Source of the DNA: Octopus vulgaris
Lineage: Eukaryota
Length of the DNA stretch: 64,000 nucleotides
Assembly: GCA_951406725.2 (NCBI GenBank)
Contig: OX597825.1
Span: 78,926,001 to 78,990,000, forward strand
Direction of reading: 5' to 3'
This document shows, one piece after another, positions 52,572 through 64,000 of the stretch. Position 1 is the first letter of the stretch, and every line of letters starts with the position of its first letter. Under the pieces are notes generated by a model, which had not been told where the DNA came from, searched no databases, and saw only the letters and a list, made by a program, of their open reading frames with translations. The position numbers and the translations under genes are program-made.

Positions 52572-53801
52572 CACACACACATGGTTATGGAATTTTTCTG
52601 TCAAAGAAATTCATTGTTATCACTACTAAACATCAGTAATTTGCTTTTAATGTTTTAACGTAATAAAACATATTTATTAATTTAATTCAATGTTTCACCA
52701 GAGACTTATTATTCTTTTCCGTTTACAGTTGACCAAAAAATATACCTTTCTATGTTTAACATACATTATTTTTACTAATCCTATCAGTGCCATAGAGTGT
52801 CTTTAATTCACATTGGCACTGCATACGGTAGACCAATTAAATTCTGCCAAAGTCTGTGTGTACAATAAACAACTATAAGCCATATTTCTTCTGTGAACAG
52901 GAAGGAATAATTGATCTCCAATGAGGTGGTAATAGATTGATCAATCTCTTTTTATGATGAGAGGGAGAAGAGGTAACGAGGTTTAATTACTGTGTTTACT
53001 TTCGATAGTGAAACTAAATAGGATGGAATAAATGTATATTTTGTATTTAGAACAAAAATTTTCAAGAAATATCTTTTAAGTAAGTAACTGGTTAGATTAT
53101 CATTAGCAGAGGAACTTTGAAATTGAGAGAAATATATATATGGTTGTTGAGACATTTACTCCACACAAATCAACTGTGTATCACCCAATAGAGAAAATGA
53201 TATAAAATAAAGGTATGAGTGCATTTAGTGTGATTGTTATACTATCGCAGGTAGGCATGAAGTGGAATGACAAATCTAGTACACATAGTATACATAACAG
53301 TGCTAGTAGTTCAGATTAACAGATTATAGATTTCAGTAACTATCATAATGAGATTAAGATTAATTAAAAGAGAAATTATTAACTACAAATGAGAAAGTCA
53401 AAACCGTATATCTGCAGTGATAGAATTTTTGAAAAACTGCTACCATAGTTTAAATATTAAAAGGTATATAGAGAATTGCAATGCTGTGTGAGGTTTGAAA
53501 ATTCAGTGAAAATAAACCTGTAACAAATATTAAGCAGAGAGAAAGGTGAAGACTTTTATTATGACCTAAACCAGAGCACATAAAATAAGCCAAGAAATAA
53601 CCAGACAGAAGTAATAAGGACTGACTTAATGAAAAAAAAAACAAGAAAGAGGCTAACAAGAACAATCAATGCTATAAGTTGGCAAGAAACAATGAAAAAG
53701 GACAATTACTTGTAATTTGAATTAATCAATTGAAATTCAGAATAAAAGAAGGAATACAAGGATAAGTTAATTAAAATATGAAACTGGAAAAAATTGCTTA
53801 C

Positions 53802-54195
53802 CAGTAAATATGATATGTGGTATCTTACTGTTATTTTGTGGTGATAACTGTTGATGTGGATGGTGTGGAGATGATGGTTGCTGCTGTTGTGGATGTGTAT
53901 GTTGCTGTTGTGTCTGTTGCTGTTGGTGGCTGGTTTGGTGGTGTTGAGGTGACTGTTGGTGTTGTGGTGATGTCACAGCTGTATTCAACAACTGCTGCTG
54001 TGGTTGAGTACAAAGGGGATTCAAATCCGAGTAGAAAGATGATAAATTAAATTCCTGGTTACCACCCGTGACGGCAGTCAGGCTCTGCATATCCTCTTCA
54101 GTGAATTCCAATGTTTGAGGTGAAATTGAGTAACCAGCCAGGTTAGTTAATGAGTTGGAGTTGCAAGAATTTAGACTTGGTTGATTATCTTGAAG
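53802..54195 (-). CDS. CRTC1: CRTC/TORC penultimate coding exon (394 nt, phase 0-1), Q/H/P-rich, ending KIPHIIFT
   Basis: tatttccag acceptor at 54196 and ACTG|gtaagc donor at 53801. Lies inside ORF 53767..54207. IPHIIFT corresponds to the IPNIILT start of the CRTC C-terminal (TORC_C) domain. Phases fit both neighbouring exons. Confidence 0.9.
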
Positions 54196-56956
54196 CTGGA
54201 AATACAAATGTCAACAAAGTTATTTTAAAAGAAATATACCCTAAAACATTTTTTAACACTAGTTTCTTCTTCCACTACAGTATTTTCTCAATGTGCTATG
54301 TTCTATTAAAAAAAAAATATATATTGCCATAATTAGAAGTGAACAATCAATAATTAAAGTAATTATCAACTAATTAGTATAAAGAGAAAGTCAGTCAGTA
54401 GTTAATTCATATAACTATACATACTACAATCAGCTGAGATGTTTTACACTTTTCACATATTCTAATCAAGGTAGATTCAAAGGTAAATTATACACAATGT
54501 GGCCTAACTACAGGAGAGTCTAAAGAAGAATTAAAAGATATTATTAGTAGGAATATGGTAGAAATAACTCCAAAGATCAAGTCTTTGGTAATGTGTCATT
54601 TAGTAATATTAATAATGATTTCTAACATTGGCACTAAGTTAGAAATATTTGGGGAGGGATATAGTCTACTATCAACTCCAGTACTATTTTATTTTATTCA
54701 TTCCTGAAGGATGATGAAAGACAAAGATTTGTAAATGCTAATGTTAATAATAATAAAAATAATCCTTTCTGATTTTGGCACAAGGCTTGCAATTTGGAAG
54801 AGGAGCAGCTGGACAATTACATTGATTCCAATATTCAACGAGTGCTAATTTTATCAACCCCAAAAAGGATGCACATTGATCTCAGCCAGGTTTGAACTCC
54901 AAATGCATAGATCTTGAAGAAAGCATTTTTGTCAGCCAGAATAACAATTCTGTCAGCCCACCTGTAACAATAATAACTTCTGATTTTGTCACAGGGCCAA
55001 CAATTTTGAGGTGAGGGAGGAGTACCACTCAATGCCATCAACTCCAGTATTTAACAAATACTTTATTTTATCAACCCTGGAAGGATAAAAGGCAAAGTTG
55101 ACATTGATGGTATCTGAACTCAGAGTGTAAAGAACCAATTCTAACAATTCTGCAATTGTAATTGTTTCCAACATAGGCACAAGGACATCAAAAAGCAAAG
55201 TCTTATGCCTATGCTAGAAACTATTATTATTACTATATCAAGTACAGATACCAATTCTAACTAGTTTGCCAGTTTTATTTTCTGAAACAACAGGGATGTG
55301 GTTATTTTTGGCTCCAGTGAACTATTACAGAAAAAAGAGTGTTACAGTTTACTAATTTACTTTGAAATTAAACCATAACTTATTACTATGTAGTACCAAA
55401 GAAAAAAAAAAAAAAACGTAGGTGCAGTTTCATAAGAAGAGCAAACAAACAGGTCACAGTTAAGCTCCTGCCATCCAGCCTGACTGCCACACAAAACTAG
55501 TTACAACGGAATAATTAGTACAGCTTAGATAGAGAATACATGTTCATAGAAACCATAGCTCACTACAAGTTCTATAAAGAGAATGGTAGGAAATATTAGA
55601 TATTTTGCACATTATTCAAACAATAAACAACTTATTGATACTATTATTTCAAGAGATCTTAGACTTGGCATAAGTAATTTCTTTGTGTGCAAATCTGTTG
55701 GCGAATGGTCTCCATATATCTAAATAAACAATGATGTGTGACTTCATATCAGAAACCTGGTAACCCCTGGGTCAGCCCAGGTGAACAGGCTTATCATCAA
55801 AGACATTCCAGCCATGAACTTCATGTCTGTTCATCAGGCACAGTTTACTTGAAACAAAATTATCTAATGCATCCTTCTTTTCTATGATAGAAGAGTGTGA
55901 TCTGAAAGAGATTTCAGCTGCTATTTCAAGCAGATTGTGTGATCACCAAGATGTCCTTGTTGTTGCAAACCAGAGCAATACACAGCAACATATAAGTCTG
56001 CATTGTATTATCTGCATGGCATGCATACTAATATGTTTCCAAACATCAAAGCATTAAATAATACTACTTTATTCTTACACCACACAGACTACACATTCAT
56101 TAAGTTCATGATAGGATGCAACGAGTATATATTTAGATATAAAGTGTTGGAACAAAGGTTTACTAAATTAACATAACATAAAAGTTTCCGATGATTTTGT
56201 GCAATCGAAGCAATCTTTATTGTCAACAGGAAATGATAAACTGTTGCGGGGGAAAGTATAAGCTGATAGCAGCATAAGTGATACAGCATAATGTCTTTTA
56301 ATGACACCAATACAGAAAAGCTGAGATAATTGATAAAAGACCTAATGAAAAGTGTTCCATTGAATCTTGAACTTTCTATGACCTATTCAGGTAATAACTG
56401 GTCAAATGTCATTGTACAGTCTACAGTCAGACATTAAATGTGATAGAAGAAAAGAAAGCACTTCACCTCTCTCAATTAAGATTCATTAGCAAACTAACAG
56501 CACTTTGTGCCTATCAATGTCCTTTTTATACAAATTAGTAAAAGGAGGAAGGACAGAGCCTTCCACATTGGCAAAAATAGAGGACATCGGTATCCAAACT
56601 GAATATCTGCAAGTTAAATCCTAAATGAAGATTGTAGTGGATTGTTTGAATGTTTGCAATATTATGAACTCTGCTAAAGGCACCCATGTACCAGATAGTA
56701 TTAACTATGCAGTGCATTGGTATCCCAAGGATAGCATGATGGTTTTAAAGCAGATAGTGTATTAGGCCCACAACACAAACTAAAGGCACTCAAGAATACG
56801 ATGGTAATGTGTTAGGCCTAAAATCCAAGAAACAGCTGGTGGTGTTAAACCAGGCAGTATATTAGGTTTAACAATATCAGTTCTTAATAATCTGTATAAC
56901 TTGTTAAATAAGAAAAAAAGTGCGTTTTTTTTTAATTAGTAAAGAGTCAATATTTA

Positions 56957-57118
56957 GCTGTGTCTGGGGAGAGTCCTTTTCTTTTTGTGCCTTATAATAT
57001 AACACGCTCACTGGTAAAATTTCCTCTTTTTTCTTATTTTTATTTTCCTAAAATTTTCGTTGCATCTTGCAACCTTTTCAGTAGTTTTGACTCTCAAATC
57101 CATATCCAAAAACGAAAT
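56957..57118. mobile_element. Short insertion with a 12-bp TSD, ~70 bp from a CRTC donor site
   Basis: agtcaatattta at 56945-56956 and 57119-57130. Confidence 0.45.
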
Positions 57119-57189
57119 AGTCAATATTTATTTAAGGACAACTAACTTCCTAAAGTAAAAACCATAAAACAAAAAAATAAAGCTTATAC

Positions 57190-57393
57190 CATATTGAAGT
57201 GCTCCAGTTGATGTTGTAATTGGTTAGTCTTCTGCTGTTGTATGTAGAAGGCTTCAGTACAGGCAGTGTTATCTAAAGAGGTGGAGTTTGGTGGTAAACC
57301 AGGTGATTGTACAGGTGAATATGAAGTCTGGGACAGTGGTGATGTGGGTGACTGACAGCTACTTTCACTATTTCTATACTGTGTCAGAGAAGG
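57190..57393 (-). CDS. CRTC1: CRTC/TORC internal coding exon (204 nt, phase 0-0); upstream exons lie outside the window
   Basis: Pyrimidine tract + cag acceptor at 57394 and ATG|gtataa donor at 57189. Translates PSLTQYRNSESSCQSPTSPLSQTSYSPVQSPG...QQQKTNQLQHQLEHFNM, matching remembered human CRTC1 motifs QYR..QSPTSP..SP and HQLEQFNM. Not in the ORF track. Confidence 0.9.
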
Positions 57394-59276
57394 CTGAAAA
57401 GAAAGAGAAAAAGGTTGTTTTTTTCTTTAAACATTCTAACCAAACTCCTTATTTTTGTCCAAATATCTTCCTCAATTTACTTAGTCAACAAAGTAATATT
57501 AATTTAAATTATTAAGCAATTAAAATTTTAAAAGGGTTTTACAGTATAAATGGAAGTTATTTAATTTTTATAAAATGATTTTAATATAGGATATATTTAA
57601 AACAGTTACTGAAAATATTAACCAAGATGTTGTGGGTAATTTCAAAATTGATAGAATTGATAAAGTTACTCATATTTACATTTTAGAAGAACGGTGGAGA
57701 TCAGACATCAAAGACAGACAAATGTTGAACATTTCAATGAAAGACAATGTGTATGGAATTGGAATTCATATGGAAAAATGAAATAAATTTATTAAATAAA
57801 CAGCAAATTTAAGCAATAATAAAGCATTTAAATAAACTGAAAATAAGGTGACTTAAATCAAGCTACACATGCATATCAAAAGCATATATCTGAATATTAC
57901 TAATGATAATTATTAATAATAATCATAATAATAATGAACACACACAAAAATCAATAAAAATAAACAGTTGAAATAACAAATTTCACAAGTTTACAGAATA
58001 AAGCAAAATGTTATAGTTTAACAGGAGGAAAAAGGTATGTGTGTATATATGTGTGTGTATGTGTGTATAATCATAAACATCATAAATTTGCATGGTATCA
58101 AAGAAATTGTTAGTTTTCTATATCACCATACACACAGCTATAATTTCCTTTTACAGTTTCTAATTTTTTTTTTTTTACACATAAAATTCTAACAACTATC
58201 CAGTAAATTTCCTTAATGATTCTTCAAAGCAACAGCTAAACTTTCTTTAAAAAATTAAAAAACAAAAAAAATCCATTTTTAAAACTCAGCCCCTGCTTCC
58301 ACAATGTATTTAGCAAGGTACCAACATCATCATCTATCACACCCACACATTAAAAGTTCACTTCCCATCCACATAGTTCTGAGTTCGGACCCTCTACAAT
58401 GTTAGGTTGGCCAAAGCCTTGTGAATAGATTTGGTAGGTAGAATCTAAAAGTCCATCATTTGTGTATGTGCGTGTATGCACATGCAAAAATGCTTATGCC
58501 TTTTGAAATATATAAAGGTGGGCTTTTAGCTAGAAGTAGTGTGTGTGTGTGTACTGAAGTGTAGACACACAGAGACAACATTTTATAGCACACAACCTTA
58601 TTACAAGAGAAAGGAATGGTTTATATTTTGTTGCTGCTGAGCCCCAACCCAACCCTAATCAAAGATGCTCATGAGCTAAGTTATTCCAGCTCTAACCATC
58701 CTGTCTTTCTGTCTACTGAAGATGTCAGGGTGTGATCTAAGTAGATTTGGCTTCTATGTCTAGCTAATCAAGTGACCATCTAAGGTTTGTTTTCATTGAC
58801 TTGAATTGTTTTAACACACTGAACAATTGCAATTCCTTTTCCTCTCCTTCGAGGTTTTCCCAAACAATAACAACAAAACTGGACGTGGAAATAAAAGGTA
58901 CATAATTTGTGATGGCACATTTTTCATTTTTTTTTTTTTATAAACTGGTCTCAGAGGAGGAAAGGGAGCTACTATAGTATTTTTCAGGGGCTCCTCAGAA
59001 TGGGGACCTACCAAGCCTGAAGGCATGTAACAGAGTGGATTTTGTAAAGCACCTAAGAGCAAGGTGGTGGTATTACAAGGAGTTTACATCCTGCCCCTGC
59101 CCCTCAAAATAACAAGATTTGTTTTATTAAGGGTTATTAGTGGGTGATAAAACACATGACACAACTTCAGTGCATCATATCCGCAAGTGTCTTCCACTGT
59201 AGTCCCAGACCAACTAAAGCTTTGCAAGTGGATTTGGTAAATGGAAACTCAAAGAAGCCTGTCATATATATATATA

Positions 59277-59680
59277 GGCGCAGGAGTGGCTGTGTGGTAA
59301 GTAGCTTGCTAACCAACCACATGGTTCTGGGTTCAGTCCCACAGCATGACATCTTGGGCAAGTGTCTTCTGCTATAGCCCTGGGCCGACCAATGCCTTGT
59401 GAGTGGATTTGGTAGACGGAAACTGAAAGAAGCCTGTTGTATATATTTATATATATATATGTGTGTATGTGTGTGTGTTTGTCCCCCTAGCATTGCTTGA
59501 CAACCGATGCTGGTGTGTTTACGTCCCTCGTCACTTAGCGGTTTGGCAATAGAGACCGATAGAATAAGTACTGGGCTTACAAAGAATAAGTCCCGGGGTC
59601 GATTTGCTCGACTAAAGGCGGTGCTCCAGCATGGCCGCAGTCAAATGACTGAAACAAGTAAAAGAGTAAAAGAGAAAAGA

Positions 59681-59681
<1 letters not shown>
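59277..59681 (+). mobile_element. SINE family B, full length
   Basis: Complete head-body-tail inserted in a TA-rich site. Confidence 0.85.
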
Positions 59682-59727
<46 letters not shown>

Positions 59728-61080
59728 CACACACACACTATATATATATATAAGGCTAGACAGTATGACACCTTTCCCATTCTGTGGTAATAGGTCCCTC
59801 ATCTGAGATGCCACATGCTGTGACACCTTCTAAAGCAGCAACTTAGTGTTGTCAGTAACCAATCCTGGCCCCGCTGCTTGTTAAGATGAGGAAAACAAAC
59901 TGTGAAGGTATTAGTTTCTCTCTGACAGGTTTATAGTTGAGTCTGTAGCAGTTGAAACCCCTGACATTCTTAGCCCCCTGGATCACATCCCTGCTCACCA
60001 CTAACAGGGTAGAGACTGCTATCTGCAAGTGTGAACCCAGTGAGTCAGAGTGACCATTCCAGCATATCTCCCTTGTTATCCTCTGAGCAACACCTTTCCC
60101 ATTTTGTCTGCTGGTGCCATGAGAAATGTTTCAACATTGTGAGGGGCAAGATTCTCCGTTAATCCATTATACACACTTTAAGCTTAATTACATTTAAGAA
60201 GACAACAACATTAATACAAGTGGAGTAATTAAACCCACTTCAACCTACGTAGTGTCTCACTAAATGGAGTAAAAATTTAATGCCCTCCTCTCCCGAACAT
60301 ATCTATCTTCTTTCCACACTGATAAAACCCTACATAACTGCGACCATGTATTGCCAACAGGCCAGCAAATCATTAAAGAGAGAGAGAGGGGAAGGAAGAG
60401 AAAGAGGAAGAGAGAGAGAGAGAGAACGAGAGAGAGAGAGAAAGCAATCTAAGCCTTTATTCTTAGTGACACACCTTACTTTCAAGTAGTACTCATAGCA
60501 GTAGTAGATGAAAACAGCTCAAAGCATAAAAGATATTTTTGCATGTTAATTACACCAGCCTCAGACGTATGTCAATGGATGTGTGCTAACTTACATGCAT
60601 ATATACACTGAAACAGTAGTAACTTGGTGTGTTCAAACTACATCATTGTTATAAGCAGAAAGCTATTTTCCATCCCCGAGTGAAGAAGATAGCTCTTGTC
60701 TTTTTACTAATTAGTAAAACTGATAATGTAAACCAGTGAACAGTCAACTTCTCAAACAACCCACCATCATGTTTTCGATTCATACAGCTCAGCTGCAGAT
60801 GTTAAAACAATAATGATAAACAGGAACACCAAAGTAAACAACAATATTTTATCAAGTCTGTTGTCTTCTGTCAACAATTTTTTTTAATATCTTTTACATG
60901 TCTCATTAAATGGACTGCGGCCATGCTGGAGCACTGTTCTGAAGGGTTTAGTCAAACAAATCAATCCCAGTACTTATTTCTTAAGCCTGGTACTTAGTCT
61001 GTCTATCAGTGTCTTTTGCCAAACTACGAAATTATTGGGAGGTAAACAAACCAACACCAGCTGCCAAGCAGTGGTATAAG

Positions 61081-61806
61081 GTATAATGAATAAACATTAT
61101 TCCAATCGGTCAACTTTTTTTTTGTTTTTATAACTTGTCCATTTTAACTTGTCTGCAATTGAACAATGTAATAACCAGAAATGTGAAGTTTTCTCCTGAT
61201 GAAAAGGTGTTGCCGTTGGAGTTCCTTAATGGATTATACATTAACGATGTGAAGCAGCATCCTTTGAAATGACCGTAGAGATGGGCTTAAATGGACTCTG
61301 TTTTGGTTTCCTTACACTTTACTATTTATTTTACTTTTTATATTTATACTCTTGTATTCTTATATTCAATGGCGGTGCCCCAGCATGGCCACAGCTCGTG
61401 AACTGAAACTAGATGAAATGAAATGAAATGATTTATATTATTTTAGCTCCATTGCCTTAAATTTTTAGTCACCTTTATTACGCATGAATTCATTCCATAT
61501 CTATTTTTCTTCATTCGACTTCACTCGTATTACTCTTTAAGGTTTTATCACCTTTCATTCAAGTACATATGTATATCTTATATGATTCGATTTTACCATT
61601 GGGTGCCCTGTTATTTTAATATATATTTATATTCGATTTTTGATAATTTGGGAATGATATAAAGTTGTTTTGACTGATTGGAGTGTTTATTCGTTATACT
61701 TTTCAATATATTTCTCCTTTTGCCTCGGTGTCACCTGAGCACATCCAGCTGCGCAGTCCGATTTTTATTTTTGCTCTTCAGTTTAATGAAGTTATAAAAA
61801 TATCCT

Positions 61807-61810
<4 letters not shown>
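61081..61810 (+). mobile_element. Penelope-like pLTR fragment with hammerhead and inverted 5' end
   Basis: 61081-61113 is an inverted copy of ~61668-61700; hammerhead at 61192-61281; ends at (TA)n; interrupted by a short SINE tail at ~61371-61431. Confidence 0.5.
61192..61281 (+). ncRNA. Type-I hammerhead ribozyme with intact core and long helix II
   Basis: Helix I TCTC/GAGA; CTGATGA 61196-61202; helix II AAAGG-TGTTGC...GCAGCA-T-CCTTT; GAAA 61266-61269; minimal helix III ATGACCGT; GUA cleavage site at 61277. Confidence 0.65.
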
Positions 61811-61836
<26 letters not shown>

Positions 61837-61839
<3 letters not shown>

Positions 61840-62095
61840 TCATCATCATCATTATCATTATCGTTTAGCGTCAGCTTTCCATGCTAGCATGGGTTGGACA
61901 GTTCAACTGGGGTCTGGGAAGCCAGAAGGCTGCACCAGGCCCAGTCTGATCTGGCAATGTTTCTACGGCTGGATGCCCTTCCTAACGCCAACCACTCCGT
62001 GAGTGTAGTGGCTGCTTTTTACATGCTATCGGCACAGGTGCCAGACGAGGCTGGCAATCGGCCATGATCGGATGGTGCTTTTTATGTGCCAATGG
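61837..62095 (-). mobile_element. Repeat family C 3' end
   Basis: Homology to 14740-14903 and 22920-23150. Confidence 0.75.
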
Positions 62096-62572
62096 CTTCC
62101 ACACAGTTTTCATCTACCAAATTCCCTCACAAGGAATTGGTTGGACCAGGATTATGTTGCCCAAGGTGCTGTGCAATGGGACTGAACCCAAAGCCACATG
62201 ATTACAAAGTAAGCTTCTTAGCCACACAGCAATGCCTTGAAAAGGAATAAGCAACAAAGATCTTCAGTGTAAAGTGGTATTCAAAACATTCAAAACACCC
62301 GTTTGAGACTTATAGGAGACAACAGCCTCACAGGAGGGACTCAAATCATGCACTGATCATGTTCCCTCTGCCTCATAAAATAATTCAACAACACTTAAGA
62401 GTGCAGTTTTATTAATGTTCAAAGCATGATGGAGTGTTCCACTTTCGTTCAAGACAGAACAGAGCAACACATCCAATAAGACATGTGTCTATCACTAAAA
62501 TCACACAGTTAAAATATGACGAACAATTTACAGCAGCTGATTTAGGAACATGGAGTGCCAGGTACTCTAGAT

Positions 62573-62998
62573 CAGGGGTCTACAACCATTGGGCTACAGA
62601 ACAGCATCAGGCCACACAGAAAGAATACATTTTTCATTTTTATTTCTATTTTACTGGTTATCACAGTCTGCAGAAAATTATTGCTTCTGTCTGAGCCTTG
62701 TTCCCACACTTGTCAATTTTTTTTCTTTTTTATTTCTATGAACCGATAAATTAAGCCCACAAGCTAACTGAAACAATAATAAGACCACTAACTTCCTTTC
62801 TTGTATATACACACACACACACACATATATATTACAATGTAACAATTACATTATGTGTGCAATAATTAAATTAATATATATATCATGCAATTTGTGATTT
62901 GTCATGTGCAGGACTAAATTCCCACCCCACCCTTGGTCCATCAAAAAACTGTCTTGCGTGAAACTGGTCTGTAGTGCAAAAAAGGATGCTGACTACTG
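62573..62998 (+). mobile_element. hAT/Charlie-type (MER1-like) MITE
   Basis: 8-bp TSD ctctagat / ctctagac (NTCTAGAN); ends caggggtctacaacc ... ggatgctgactactg. Confidence 0.65.
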
Positions 62999-63110
62999 CT
63001 CTAGACATATGGTTCTGTTGCTTTCTGAACTAAATTGGTGTGAGAAGCAACTACAGTATATTCTTCGTACTTTTCTTCTATTATTATTATTATCATTGTT
63101 ATTGTTGTTA

Positions 63111-63325
63111 AGGCAGAAAGCTGGCAGAATTGTTAGGATGCTGGGCAAAGTGTTTAGCAGCATTTCATCCGTTTTCATGTTCTGAGTTCAAATTCCACCG
63201 AGGTCAATTATGCTTGTCATCCTTTTGAGGTCAATAAAGTAAGTACCAGCTGAGCACTGGGGTTGATGTAATCAACTTACCCTGCTCCTCCAACATTGCC
63301 GGCCTTGTGCCAAAATATGAAATCA
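63111..63325 (+). mobile_element. SINE family A
   Basis: Same motifs as the other family A copies. Confidence 0.75.
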
Positions 63326-63451
63326 TCATCATTATAATTGTTATTAAGACAGTAAGATGACAAAATCATTAGCACACTGGGAAAAATACTTAGCAGCAGT
63401 TTGTCCATCTTTATTTTTCTGAATTCAAATGCTGCCAAGGTCAACTATGCA

Positions 63452-63860
63452 GCCAGCTATGCTCCCAGAGCAACCACCCACGTTACTGACTTGGTCACCT
63501 AGGTAATGGAAGCTATCAACTACTTCTAGGTTCCCCCCCCCCCTGATATGTGATGGAATATGTTTGCTGTGCATCTTAGTGTTTATTGCCCCTGTGCATC
63601 TGCCACACACAAAACTATCATCCCAGTTAACCTTCGTTTGATATTGCTGCACCTCACATGTGTCCACAGCTTACACCAGTTACATCTTATGGGAGTTTCT
63701 ACCTATGCCTTTTCTACAGATCGAGCAGGACAATCTACCTGAAGGGATTTGTGATCTGTCTGCCTTACTACTTACTAAGACTGGTTTTGCTAGGTTAACT
63801 CTAACACCCTTCAACTCTAGACCTTACTTCCACACATGAAACTTCTCCAGCTTGACATGA
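63452..63860 (-). mobile_element. LINE (RTE-like) ORF C-terminal fragment with a Cys/His finger
   Basis: Frameshifted CS.CRKG.GRN..RC..CKLWTH.RC...FVCGRC followed by LEVVDSFHYLGDQ..GGC. Confidence 0.6.
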
Positions 63861-64000
63861 ATACAATTTTTTCTTTTTTTTATTATTGTAAACAGATACA
63901 GAACCATAAATCTAAATGCAAGTAAATGTTATGTTGTGACACTCATGCATCTCTTAAGAATATTGGCAACCTAACTAAAGTAGTTACAAATGATATTCAA

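Larger units (their letters stand above)
21396..53801 (-). other. CRTC1: Last CRTC intron, ~32.4 kb, TE-rich
   Basis: GT...AG boundaries joining IPHIIFT-G to ADDLSRQDF in frame. Confidence 0.85.

Noticed and set aside
57394-64000. Additional upstream CRTC exons
   Set aside because: I found no splice-bounded frame with CRTC-like motifs by eye; small exons could have been missed.

Overview
AT-rich, microsatellite- and SINE-dense eukaryotic (animal) DNA. The repeat families and (AT)n density resemble an Octopus/coleoid cephalopod genome; this is inference from memory, not a search result. The only host gene I can support is the 3' end of a minus-strand CRTC/TORC gene (CREB-regulated transcription coactivator). 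It has three phase-compatible GT-AG coding exons (57393-57190, 54195-53802, 21395-21184), a 32.4-kb last intron and possibly a ~14-kb 3' UTR. A frame-preserving 54-nt cassette-exon candidate lies at 43196-43143. The rest is mostly transposon-derived: several tRNA-derived SINE families, RTE-type LINE relics, two mariners, piggyBac MITEs, a hAT/Charlie-like MITE and a Helentron-type element. The most notable non-coding signal is a dispersed set of short fold-back insertions (~700, ~3.9k, ~18.3k, ~35.2k, ~43.8k, ~46.1k, ~61.1k). Three have variable-length target-site duplications with an unpaired 3' tail of ~33-41 nt, and three contain recognisable type-I hammerhead ribozyme folds with palindromic or near-palindromic helix III. 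They look like Penelope-like pLTR / non-LTR retrozyme-type elements. Nearly all short ORFs in the supplied track are microsatellite or TE noise.
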